Assembly: GCA_015680685.1 (NCBI GenBank)
Contig: MNCI01000651.1
Coordinates: 62,001-126,000, forward strand
Reading direction: 5' to 3'
From: Gnetum montanum
Taxonomy: Eukaryota > Plantae > Gnetophyta
Length of the DNA stretch: 64,000 nt
Position numbers and translations under genes: made by a program. This document shows, one piece after another, positions 26,126-39,300 of this stretch; position 1 is the stretch's first letter, and each line of letters begins with the position of its first letter. Below the pieces are notes generated by a model. That model was given only the letters and a program-made list of their open reading frames with translations. It ran no database searches and was not told the origin of the DNA.

Positions 26126-27648
26126 TCACGATGCAGCATCCACAGTTCAACATACATGATCCTATGAACAAGAGAGTGAGAATACTGTCCATCTTCAATC
26201 ATCTTCCCATGCCTTTTGAGTTTTAGAATGCAACTCATGATGTTAAGGGAAAACCCTCTAAGACATTTGCAATGTCACTACCCTTGGCATCTTACTGATC
26301 TTCTAGACTTGTTGTTTGACATCTTGCTGACCTTCCAGAGCTATTGCCATCACTTCCAACCATGTTGATTATAGCTCTCACCATTAGCAATACTCACTAG
26401 AGTCCCAATAGTACTATAACATAACCACAGCATTTCCATCCTCTAGTACTTGCCATCGCCTAAGCTAGCAAGAGTGACCAGTAGTGTGATTCTGAATCAC
26501 ATTGCTGAGTTTCCTGGCTCTTGTCTTTGGCAAAAATTCCTGAGCACGAGCATCACCATCACTCCTATTCTCTTAGGTGCTCACTTTTAGTATGGCTTCT
26601 GGAGCTTTTTCAGCCTACCACCATCAACACCTACATTAGCCTTCTTGCTTTGGACATTGCATGCACCTAACACAGTCCTTGCAGTGTCCCAGGTAGGTAG
26701 GACTTCACTGTCATTTCACATGGTGGTTGTTTTCTCTGTGTTGCATTTGTAGGATAAACCTTGAATGGCATCACTCAGGAATGCATTCCACCATGAGATA
26801 AATACACTGCATTGTTCCAATGTACCCGTTCTAGCTGGCCTAGGTACTTAAGAGTGCATACCCCAACATCCCCTCAATTAACCTACCCTCTACCTTTTTC
26901 ATTTGCAATCTCCAACATCCCTTTCAAGCATTTTCAACACATGAAAAACCCTTTCCCATGCTTAACCGCCAAACCCATGATAGATGTGACATAGCTCATC
27001 CCATGGGAAGCCTTTGTAGGCTGGTCAAAGCCCCACATAGATGTAACACAACTCATCACATGGAGAAAACACCTATCCTACAATTGTAATGTGGTTGCCT
27101 TCAAGCAGATATGGGCATGCAATTCACCTAGAAAAAAAAATAAAACAAAGAAAAATAAGAAGCAAGAAAGAAAAAAAAGAAATAAAGAAAAAAAAGAACA
27201 AAAAATGAAGAAAAAGAAAGGAAAACAAGACAAGTCAAGTGCCCAGATCAAATGGTATAGTTGCTTCTTTGCAACTGTCTTAGCTTTGGATTGATCGTCT
27301 CCAAGCATGCCAATGAGAGGTCAAACTCCAAAGGGAAGGACACCTTTGCATGCTGACTCCCTCATAAGCATTTCAATGAGGGATCATGCTATGGCAACAC
27401 ACCATCATGGCATTACATCTCACTGTTACCCATTCTACCCAAGCTATCCTTTGTCCCCTTGACCAATCTCCTTGAGCCTATCCTTTGTTCCCTACCATAC
27501 CTTATTTCCTCCACACTCTCAAGCATAGTAAAGCATCGTCTAAGCGGGCACTAATGAATGGTTTTGGTGTCATGTTCATTGTGGTGTTTTGTATTCTTTA
27601 TTTATGTCTCTCAGGCCAATCCTCCAAATGTCAACAAAGAGGGGCTAG

Positions 27649-29725
27649 TGAAACACAACTAATTTTGGGCTCCTTTAGTTCAATAGTAGATGTGTCTAAG
27701 TGTCAAAACTTTGGGGCAAAATGTTTCTAAGTTTGGCATCACGTTGTGTAGTGTAGATAGCATAGCACACTAGGAGCCCTATTTTTTGCAAACATTTTCT
27801 TAGTCTACCCACTATGCTCCCTAGCACAGCTAGCATAGCACATGTTTCTAAGGACAATTTGTACAATTGTCAAGTCAGAAGTGGTCAAAAGGACACTAAG
27901 GATGGACTAAAAAATTCAGAAAATTTTCTATCTCCCAAGCTATCAAGCCTGCTACGCTCTCCAGCTTGTCCACTTGACACATGTCCTGGTTTCTAGTCCA
28001 CCCAAGTGTCAGGCTAAGAGTTGTCAAAGGTACTCATGATGGAAAAAATAGTTCAGCAAATTTTCTATCTTCAGAACTATCATGCTTCACTATGCTACAC
28101 AGTGTAGATAGTGTAGCAGGCTATTTAGGACTCAAAATTTTTTAAGTGTTTGACCAGACATGGAAGGTGCATGTGGCAATCTTTTGACTTCCAAGGCTAC
28201 CTGTCCTACTTCATCTTTGGAGTGTGATTACTGTCCCATGGTAAAACATTATAAATTTTGTCAAAATTCATCCAAAAATTGGTGTTATGCTTTGCTACAC
28301 TAGACAACGTACATAGCATAATAGAGGTTCCAAGATCAAAAATTTTCCTAGTATAGAACGAGGAGGTATCAAGCCATTCTAATATGGAAGATGCACTTTC
28401 TAGTTGCTAAAGATGCCTATCTTGTGACATGCTAGAGTGGTAGCTTCAATTTTAACAAAATTCACTAGAAAATGGATGCTACACTTTGCTAGACTTTGTA
28501 GCATAGATAGTGTAGCAAGCTAAATTTGCAAAAAATTTCTAAGTTTTTTCACTATGCTTCGTCATGCTAAGCAGCGTAGACAACGTAACACTTGGAAACC
28601 ACATCTGAATGCCTTCAAAAGCTTCTAGAACTCAACATTGACCTTCATCTCAGCTCTAGCATCTCTCTAGTAGTCAAGATTAGTAGTTTGCTTTATTTTT
28701 GCACCTCCTGTTGATCCCTAAAATTGTCCCTATGCTTGACCCTACTCAAGAGAGGAGGGGAAGACGTAGTCCTAGAGTGTAGGCTCCAAGTTACATTTGT
28801 TTTGGATATTTTTTAGGTACATGGTAGTTCTTTAGACTCTGGCACATGTGGGTTGGGCATTATGGTCATAGTTTGGTAGATTTTCAATCCCCATTCCTGT
28901 CCTGCAGAGCATAGCACCATTGAGCTTGACACTTTGAGCGTAGCATGCTAGCATGACTTGTTTATTCAAATTCATGCTATGTGGGACCCAAGACAAATGG
29001 CATCCAACCCACATCTCCTGACAACCCTAGCTCTATAAATACCCTAGTAATCAACATTCTAAGGGTTGGCTGTGGTAGAAGATTGGCAAGCAAAAGGTTG
29101 ATGAGCAGCAAATCTCAGCATTAAAGGATTCCTAGCACCTGCTTCCCTCCCGCACTTGAGTGTAACATCTAGTTGAGCACGACACCTAGCATTTACAAAA
29201 TGTAACTATGATTAGTCCAGAAACCTCCATCTCTTTTGTGTCTATTAGCATCATATCTATAGCATCCTAGGGACTATGGGCATACTACCTCGCTGTTCCA
29301 CTATGCCTGTCTAACACTGCATGATGGTTGTACACATCATTTAATTGAAAGTCACACTCCCCCGATCTTGTGGTGGTGCATTATTCTCACCTAAACTCTC
29401 ATTTCATTTTTCTATGACATATATTTCAAATTGTTAGCATATTTATTTATTTCTATTGCTAATATTCATTAAGATACTCATGTTGACACACTCCCGTTGT
29501 TATACATGTTACGCTCTTTCTTGTTCTGACTCCTACATGTGACACTCTAAAAACACTATTTGTAAATAGTTATTAGAGACCACGTAAGTCCTTGTCTGAT
29601 TGACTAGACCATTTAGGGCATCCCAGTTATGTTTTTTCAAACATGGCCCTCCCATAAACTTGAGGTTAGGCTATACGCCTGATGACCTCTTGGTGTTTTA
29701 GCCATAGACATTTTCAAATGCTACA
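27649..29725 (+). repeat. 3' LTR of element C (TGAAACAC...GCTACA)
   Basis: PPT AACAAAGAGGGG precedes; 3' end resembles LTR A/B (CCTTGTCTGAT..GACCA); TATAAATA at ~29034. Confidence 0.8.
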
Positions 29726-32460
29726 CCCATGCAATAGGACCTCTTCATGAGGAGCCTGAAGTGGAATCTATTTGATAGATTCTAGAAGAATAAGTGCCCA
29801 CAAAGAAATCACAATGAGGGAAAGTGCTAAGACCCATGCCAAGGCTTGAGGTTACTTTGACTAAATGCTACCTTGACATCATCAGGACCCAAGACATTCA
29901 ACAATCAATTCTTCAAGAAATAAACTTTTGGCCATTGCTAGCGAAAGCTCTAACAAAATTGCAAACCTCTCCCATGTGGCCAATCACCACATCTAGTGGG
30001 AAATGGTACATGGAAAAGACATATCTCTTCTGGAACAATAAAAGATCAGGGTCCATAGTGAAAGTCAAGGATATTCAGGTGTCCTACTTGGCTGAGGATA
30101 TCACAAAGGCACTGTTGTTACCTAACATTGGGACATAGTTGGCAAATTTATTAATAAAAGGTGATCCTAGGGCCAAATAGGAGTTGACTTATCAGTGTTA
30201 CGGGGTTGACTGTAAGGAGTATGGCGCACTCACACCAACAGAGCACATCTATTTCAAAATTGTGGCCTATCACCTCAATCCAATGATGAGGCCCAACACG
30301 GTGACCACCTTCTCTCCCTAAGCATGTGTCGCTGTAAGTAAGAGATTTTTTGTGAACCTTCCACAACTCATCTATTTGGAGATTGAAAAAATTTTTAAAG
30401 AAAATGAACATGAAAGAAAAGCCTTTCCCTTTTTGTGCCTCATTTGGAAACTCTACAAAAGGGCAAGAATTGTTTGCTATGCTAATGACATAATTAGGCA
30501 TGCTCCTTTGGGTTCATTGTCTAAAATGATGAAGGAAAATACACCTACTACAACTCAAGAAGAGGAGCAATCATTGGCATGGCTACCTACTCAAGAAACA
30601 ATGTTGAAGGCCTACGCAACCATCGAATGCTTGTGTGAAATCTAAAAGTAGCTCTTGCATGAGCAAGAGAAGCATGTAGGATGCAAGAGAAGCATGCAGG
30701 GATGAGTAGTGTAAATCCATTTGTGTATAGATAAATAATGAGTCACCTTAATGAGGTGACTCAAAAAATCAACCACATGGAGAGGGGTGGACCAATATTC
30801 TTTGCCCAATGAACACAGTTGCCCACAAGGTCTGATCCCAATGCTTGAGAGGTAACAGTGTCACCATAATAACACCATTTATTCCTAGAAATCTATGGGA
30901 ATGTTTCCACCTTCTAGATGCATTTGGAGGAAGGTGAAGGGACCACTATCCTAGTGATGCAGCACCAAGGGCAATAGACAATGGCTAAAGTAGTTGCTAA
31001 CTACATCGTCGAACCACTCAATGCACCTACAACATCTATACCTGATGTATCTACACTTCGAGATGTGTAGAAATTAATAGGAATGGTTAGTAGAAAACTA
31101 AATTTATCCTAGCATGAATAATTTCTATATTAACTAGTGGGGACTAGGCAACCAATTTTGGATATCTTCAATTTTTCAAATAACATCACCAAAACCTAGT
31201 CGAAGCTGCTAGATGCAAGGGGCAAATGCATCATTTTGGATGGGTAACTTGAAATGGATCAACTACAAAATTAATGCTTTGTGGTGGAGATTACCAAATT
31301 ACATGCTTGTTTTGTTGATTCTATAATCCTCAGCACAACAACAACCAAAGATGAAGCTTTCCAACAGCTTCAAGAATGATTCAGGAAGGTTGAGAAGGAA
31401 GCAATAATGACCATCTTTAACCAATCCATAGTAGAGGCAATGATGCATTCAATTTAGAATGACTTGGCTCAAATGCACTAGGAGAATGAAACTCTAAATG
31501 CACAAAATCATTTCTTACATAATTTTGATGCTTAGAAGAAACAATTGTAAGAATTTATTCATCAACAACAAAAGCAACTTGCCAAGGTGAACACTAAGTT
31601 AAGGAGATTGGCCATAGAAAATTAGAATCTGTCAATGGAGTAAGTTTGTGCCTTCTACTAGAAATCTACTATCAAGATCACTGCATAGAAAAATGAAGCC
31701 TTGAAGTTTGAAATAATCAAAAATCACTATAGAGACTAGGTTGGCCTACAAAAGGAAGTAAATGAAAAGTACATCCAAATGGCGAAGGCAAAAATAAATA
31801 GATCTCTCCAACAATTCCAACATAGAAAAGAAGTTTGGTAGCCCATCATTGATGAGATTGATGCCTAAAATAAAGTAGAGATATATTTAAAGGAGTTGTA
31901 GATAGAAGAAATGATAGAATACATGGAGCCGGCCAATCTCAGATATGTAAACTTGGCTATGCTGATTGTTGGACAACCATGGTCAAAATTAGAGAAACAA
32001 GTGGCTAGATAATATTTTCTATAAGAGGTAGAGTTCAAGCACCATAAAGACACCAAGTAGAAGCTTGAAACTATAAATGCTAAACTCTAAGTTCTCAAAG
32101 CATAATTCATGGACTAATGATCAACTACTGAGAACCTAGCGAAAAGGATGAATGATTACCAGGAGTTGAAGGATATAGTTAGAGCATTTGACATTGAATG
32201 CAAACAATTCACTACCTAGTTTATCAATGCAAAGGAGCTATTTCTTGAAATTCTGTGCCCTTGGGATGTTCTTGTTCTAACCCACATTGAAGAAGCTGCA
32301 TGGATGGTGCATGGTCCTAAAATTAAGAAGAAAAAAATTAAAGCATTGCTAGATGCTTTTTGCCTTCCATTAGAAGTTGCAACAGTAGCAGGAAAACCAT
32401 AATAGCCTTGACCGTCACATGTGCATGAAACTAGTGGAGGTCCCTCAAAACCACAATAAA
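29726..32460 (+). pseudogene. Athila-type 3' extra ORF (env-like/Transposase_32-like plus coiled coil) of element D
   Basis: WYMEKTYLFWNNK..VSYLAEDITKALLLPNIG..VNLPQLIYLEI..FPFLCLIWKLY; homologous to 56683-56886; followed by an Athila-like PPT. Confidence 0.7.
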
Positions 32461-32715
32461 CTAGGACTATCTAATGTTCTCCACCAAAATTATACCAACA
32501 AGAACTATGCTATTCAATTTTGAAGAGTCATGTCATGATGTTCAATTTTATGTCATGAACACTATCATTTTTGCAATGTGTTGATCTGTACACTCAAGCA
32601 CTTTATTTTGTGTTAAGTCAATCTATTTTATTTGTGAAAGTTTAGTTAATAATCTCATAACTTCCCAATTTTGTAAAAGAACTTGAAGATGAGTTTTCAT
32701 TTAGTGATGGGGGTA

Positions 32716-33625
32716 TGATGAATTGTAGGCCTTGTCAACTAGGCCTTGTCAATGAGGCCTCATCGATGCATTGTATCATGCATCGACGAGGCCCCGTTGA
32801 CATAGTTTTTACATTTTTCCTATAAATATGAATCTAATAGCTGCATTTATGATAATGAGATTTACTAGTAGTGAAGCTCTGACCATTTGTTCATTTGAAA
32901 GTTAGAATTTTTCTCCTGAGTGCCCACAACAGGAGTCATTGAGTGGACGGATCTTTATTTGAGCATTGTTGTACCTAAGCATGATAGTGTGTGTGGAAAT
33001 AAAGACAAGCTTTTTGATAAACCTTGTAGCATTCTAGATATATTAAACATTTTATTTATGCATTAAATGTTTTCAGTTATTTATTAAATGTGTTCAATTA
33101 TTTATTAAATGTTTTTGAGTAATTAAGTTAATTAAGTAGTTAAATAAGATAAGCTAGATAGATTAAACACATAAGTACAACCACTTCTAGCATAACATGT
33201 ATTTTCTTGGTAATCCAAGTAGCATTCTCGCTTGGTAAGCCTAGTAGCAGAGTGCTTGGAAACTTGGTAGTTGATACATGGGTTTAGGACATGTGCAAAA
33301 CGTGGGACTAGATGCTTATGTTAAAGACTGCATAAATACTAGTTAATTAGTTAAATTAAATTAGTTAATCCAATTAATTTTATCTCCCTATAAATACCAA
33401 AACCATAAAATACAAAATGATAAAAATCAAATGCCTTAATTACACTTAACCATACCAATGTATGTCACAAGTGTAATTGGGAAGGCAACAAATGACCTTA
33501 AGGCAAGGTTCACTTCCTAGAAGACTAGTGCACCAAAAACTACAAAGTTTGTGGAATTTAACCAGATCATATGTGAATACTTGTGATTCATATGGTTAGA
33601 TGTAGGGGTACCTCACTATTCATCA
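32716..33625 (+). repeat. 3' LTR of Athila-like element D (TGATG...CATCA)
   Basis: PPT TTAGTGATGGGGG before; the end TAGGGGTACCTCACTATTCATCA matches the ends of LTRs G and H. Confidence 0.85.
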
Positions 33626-35906
33626 TCCATGTTCCTCAAGGGTAAGGCTCTAGATTGGTATTGAACCTTTCCTAGAGGTGCCATCTCTTTCTTTGAGGGC
33701 TTAATAAACCAATTTGTCAATTGCTTTAGATACAACTTGAAGCTAGATGCCACATTATACCAATAAATGAAAGTGAGGTAGGGGCCACTTAAACCATTCA
33801 AAAGGTTCATTCAGAGATGTAATTTAACCCTCAATGAGATTCTAGAGTCTATCTTTAAAATCCACCTCTTAGCCATCTACAATGAACCAGTAAATGACTT
33901 TATCAGGTCAAAGCTTTACTACCTAGAGTGCCAATTACTAAGTTAAGCCTTCTCACAAACTAAGAACATTGAGAAGGCAATTGAGGCAAGTAATGACCTA
34001 GCCTACATGGCCTATAAAAATGAATATGTAAGGAGGAATAGGGATAAAACCAAGCAAGAACATACAACCATGGCTCCAGTGACAAAAGCGTCAAAATAAG
34101 AAGAAAGGTGGGGATCATCACTACATGACAAATCCCAAGACTCATCGCAACCATCCACTTTCTATGCTCCAAATCAACCAAGACCAAATTTTGGATGGAA
34201 AGATAGTTCTGAGTACACAAGGTTACTTATGAAGCATTCTAAGATTCTAGAACAACTACTTAAAGACAACTATATACAACATAAGAAACTATTTGAGAAG
34301 GATCATGATAATCTTCTTTGTGACATAACTAGAGATCCAACGATAGTTGAAAGACAATTTGAAGCTACTAAAGTAATTTAGAATGGATAGGTACTATCAT
34401 TATCATCAAATGACTAGTCATTACATTGATTTTTATCTAGCATTAAAGGATGACCTTCAAAAGATGATAGACCATGAAGTGTTGGTGTTAAATGAGCCCA
34501 ACTCTCCAAGTGCCAATAACAACTCTTACATTATAGCCTCATTCATAGAAACAAAATAGTCTAATCCTCATAGGAAACCATTTGTCATAAAAGTACCATT
34601 TTAGCCCCAAAATGCAAAGTATAGAGATCCCTTCATCATATAGGTATCACCTTCTTCAGCCCCTAAGAAGCCTTTCATCATACATGTCCCTCTAGTGCCA
34701 TCAACTTCATAATCCAAACCATGAGATATCAATCCTTCAAAGCCTAAGGAACCATTCATTATTTGAGTCCCTTCATCTTCAACAAGTAAGACCACAACAA
34801 CACATGACTAAATATCACTTATAGTGGTGCACAACTTAGAGGTTAGCACAAAATCATTTCTACAATGATGGCAAAAACAACCTATCACCAAATCAACAAT
34901 AAAGCCGATTGAAGGTAATGAATGACAAAAGGTTCTGAAGCAAGCTAACCAACCTAGATCTACACCAAGATCAACTACATCTATAGGCAAGAGACCCAAG
35001 GTGCATACATCAAAATCTAAGCCACAAACTATAGGAAGGATGGAGGAAGTTAAGATCACTAAGCTTGAAACATTACATACTAGGGGAAAGAGTTTCCTTG
35101 CAACAATAGAGTAAGTCAAATGGTCATTAAAGCAAAAGAACACATTAGAGAACTTTTTCAACTTGGGAAAAAACTCTTCTACACATAGGGATGCACTAGC
35201 TTAAGTGTTAAACTCTATCCCTATGAGAAGAGGCATTCTTTCTAACAAAGAATCAATAAACTCTATCATTGAGCAAGATCCTATTAGGGAAAATGGGCAT
35301 TAACCCATGCTCAAATTTCATGATAATGAAGTGAAGAATGACTTTTAAAATGAAGAGGTGCTATCTACTCCACTCCTCATTGCTATAACTGTTAGTAAAT
35401 ACAAGGTCCATTGTCGTCATGTGATGATAGGGCAATACCTAATGTATTACCATTTGCCATTGTTGACAAGATAGGCTTAACAAAGAACAACCAAGAAACC
35501 ACTACCTTAGTACTTAATTCATTTAATGTCTCATGAGTAGTAGTGTGAAGTTTCATCTCCTTGGATTTCATGGCTAGTGAGAAATTTCCTACATCTACCA
35601 ACTTCCTAATAGCGGAGGAGATACCTAGCTTAAACTTAATCTTAGAAAGGCCATGGTTAGCTCAGCTTCACACAGTCTCATCCCCTATACATTAAGAGAT
35701 TCACTTAACCTACAATGGAGGGAAAATTATCATTCAAAGTGAAAATATGTCACTATCCTTACTTAACTATGTTAACATTGATCAAGGTTTAGAGGTGAAT
35801 TTTTAAGAGGAGAAAGCTAAAACTCAAGCTGTGGCTAGTATCAAGAGTACAACCAATAAAAAAGACAATAACAATGCTAGCAATATTGACTTTGTGACAT
35901 GGGATG
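33626..35906 (+). pseudogene. gag: gag-protease of E (decayed)
   Basis: Homologous to C: KGKALDWY..NQFVNCFRYNL; protease region CDDRAIPNVLP, NLILERPWL. Confidence 0.8.
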
Positions 35907-36149
35907 GTCAATGAAAACACCTACAACTTGTCATGCTAAAAAAGAGAGATGATGATCATAGCATCATGCTAAAAGGATTCATTGATCCTTCAAGGATCAA
36001 ATAGCTAATGCATGGTAAACATCTCATCCATTCTTTTGTTAATCGTTTCTTCACCTTTGCAACAATATATCATGTATTATTGCTAATTCTATCCTTCTAT
36101 GCTCTTTCGAGGGCATCCCATACTTGCTAGGAAAGTATTAGACTATAGC

Positions 36150-36300
36150 CTATCATGGCCCAAAACTGGAAACCTCATAGCTTGCTAAGGCCTAGAACTA
36201 GCAATGTCATGGCCCAATAAGGCCTAAACCTGGCAATGTCATGGCCTGCCATGACCTAAAACTAACAAAATGCATGACCTACCATGGCCTAAAATTGGTA
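36150..36300 (+). repeat. Five 11-nt-loop hairpins at the 5' end of the PR-RT intron of E
   Basis: TTGCTA-AGGCCTAGAAC-TAGCAA; TACCA-TGGCCTAAAAT-TGGTA. Confidence 0.8.
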
Positions 36301-39300
36301 GATACTTTATCATCATTTATAGTCTAGTTCACATCTCTAGTAGCCAACATATAGCTAATTTTACCTTTTTATAACCAATCACAATTGCATAAGTTATCCA
36401 ACATAGCCTATAACATGAACAAAAACATAAAAGATGACATGAATAAGAACATTAAGAATTAAAACTTATAAACCAAATTAAAATTTAAAAATAATAATAG
36501 TCCAATGTCTTTAGCATGGTGACCAAGGTCATAAAAGTTTAGAAAATAAACCATCTCTCAAACATTAATGGCTAACACTAGCCACAATAAAATGATAACA
36601 TTAATAACATTAATAGCAAATGGGATTACCAAAGACAATGACCAAATGATGGTACTAAGGGGCTAATGGAGGAGGTTAAGGAGCACTTCTATCTTCACCA
36701 TTGGGGTTGCTAGTATCACCTTGTACATGTACCACAATAAAACAAGTTTAATTAGTAGTCAACAATAGGCACAAATCCCAAATTTAATTTTGCAAAATTT
36801 TAGTAGGTACCGTAGTTAATGGTGAAATTAGCTATAGTAAAAAATCTAGGAGGGCTAGTCAAAATTTTCTAAAAATTTAAATGAGTATTTAAATATAAAA
36901 CCAACATGCAAATAAGCCTAGGAACCTTTGAACATTGTGATAAAAATACAAAATCAACACCAACACTACATGTATAGATAGGGGGGTTTGTAGTTTCCAC
37001 ACCCAAAACTACAATTGTACAGGACTATCTACGCAAGGTTGAAAATGACAAATTAGGAGTAAAAAAATTTGTAAGTTTGGGGCTATGTGGGAACAAATTT
37101 CAAATAAATTTAGCATTAATGTTACAACTCAAAGCTTGGAAAAAATTTAAAAAACCATACAAAATCTTAACAAAATTTAACAAAAAATTGCACAAAGACA
37201 CAAAACTAAAGGAAATGACTGTGGTAATCCATTGATTAAAAATATAAAAAAATTTCTAAACCCTTCCTAACACCTTAGAGAATCCCTAGAAACTTGGGAC
37301 ATTGATTGTAAAATGTTTCCAAAGTGTCAATGTTGCCCATCTTCATAAGGGTAAATCCATAAAAACCAAGAATTTCATCATACACTGATCTATGAAAAAA
37401 TTTACCAAAAATTAATGACATATCAAAATTCAATGGTTCCATACCTATTTGAATTGTAAAGAGATAAACTAAAAACCCAAAGCCTAGAAACACAAAAAAT
37501 CCAAGCTATTTTTGCAAAAATAGTATGAAAATGACATGAAAAATAATAAAAACTACATAAAATCCTTGTGTACTAACTTACAGAAAAATTCATAGAGAAT
37601 TCACTATTAGTTAGAATCTAGTGGTTCAAACACCATTTCAACCATTAACCATAATAATACAATCCTATGGCCACAAAAACCAAGAAATCCTAACCGTTTC
37701 CACAAAAAAAAAAATACAAATTGGTGTTGCTTTTTGGTGGAAAAGCCCAAAAAATTAAGAAAAAGACTAAAAAAAATTGATAACTACGTGCAGGCTAATT
37801 CCTACACCAAAAAAAACTCCAAAACCCCATGAAAATGACCTAAATATAACATAGGAAGTTTACAAAATTCTATTTTAACCAACATAGAAACCTACACAAG
37901 AAAAATGTTGTAGTTTCTAATAAATTTTTTAAAAATAAATTAGAGTTTGTGTATTTGGGAGTGATGGCAAAAGAAACTTCACTAATCAAGGCCCATGGTA
38001 GGTTGGAGAGACCTTTAGTAGTAATTTCAACCTTTTCCAAGGCTAGATGTTTACTAGTTTTAGCCCTCCTCTTTGACATCTTGAACAAGTAGCACCGAAA
38101 CTAACAAAACCTTCACACTTATGGAGCCTCTTGTAATAACTTTGCCTTCTTCTTGGGGTAGAAAAGGATGGAATACACTTGGAATAGGTGTGGTGGAGGC
38201 CAAAATAGGATCAAAGCTCTAGTACTAGGCACTATAACTTGAGAGTCATGAGATAATTATAATTTGTACAAAATTGTAATTTCAAAATCAATTCCAAACT
38301 TAGGGTGGGGCCCACTAGGTGCCTCTCTAACAAGCAAATGGAAATCCTAAAACTCTTTGATTTTTAGCTTCTCCATGCTGAATACATTGGGGTTTAGGCA
38401 TCCAAAAATTTTGAAATGGATTCGAAACCCCAAATACTACTAGAACTAACCTTCCAACCATCCATTAATGCCATGAAATCTTATGCCTAAAGTGGGAAAG
38501 TAGGTGTTGGCATTGATGGAAACCAGACATGAAGAAAGGTTAAAAATCATACCAAAACCTATTACTTATACTAACTACACTAGCCAATAGTTTGAATACA
38601 CTAGCCAACATAATCACAAGTGGGATAATGTCTTTTGCCACCAACCAAACTCTTGGCCAACTTCAAAATTATCGCATCATGTACCAAACCTTGGTTAAAG
38701 ACTTCAGTAACTCAAAAATTCTAAAAATGATTAAAAAGCATCAAAAATCATCTTTATTAAATAGACTACACTAGGGGAAATCTCAACTACACTAGATAGC
38801 ATAGTCCTAGCATAGTTGAGTAAGGAATGAACACAAAAAACTAAAAATAACCTCCAAATTGACATATCTTGAGCTTAAAACTCCTTTGGAAGCTCCGGTG
38901 ACCTTGCACTAGTAAACTATGAGATAAAAGTAAGCCAAATCCAATTTCCACCTTGGGAAAACACTAAGGAAGCTTGGAACAATGTTGGCTAGTGTAGCCC
39001 TAACATAGTCCAACTTCCAAAATTGTAAAATAGGTCACCAACATGCTAAATTATCTTTTGGAAGCATCATCTCAACTCTATAGCTTGTTGGAGACTTCAA
39101 AGATCAATACACCCTATAAACCAAGTTAAAAATCAATAAAACTCATCTTTCACACCTCAACTATGCTAGGACTATGTTGGTTAACATATTCTAAGGGTGT
39201 AGGATAAGTACAACTAGAAATATTAACCATCTTAGGTTTGAAATGCTAGTTTTGAACATAGGTTACCCAAGAACTCAAAAACCTAGTTGATTGATAATGA

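Larger units (their letters stand above)
13197..29725 (+). mobile_element. Tat/Ogre-like element C (gag-PR, 6.1 kb intron with antisense gene, pol, UTR, 3' LTR), inserted in element D
   Basis: All domains in order; heavily decayed by CG/CHG deamination. Confidence 0.9.
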
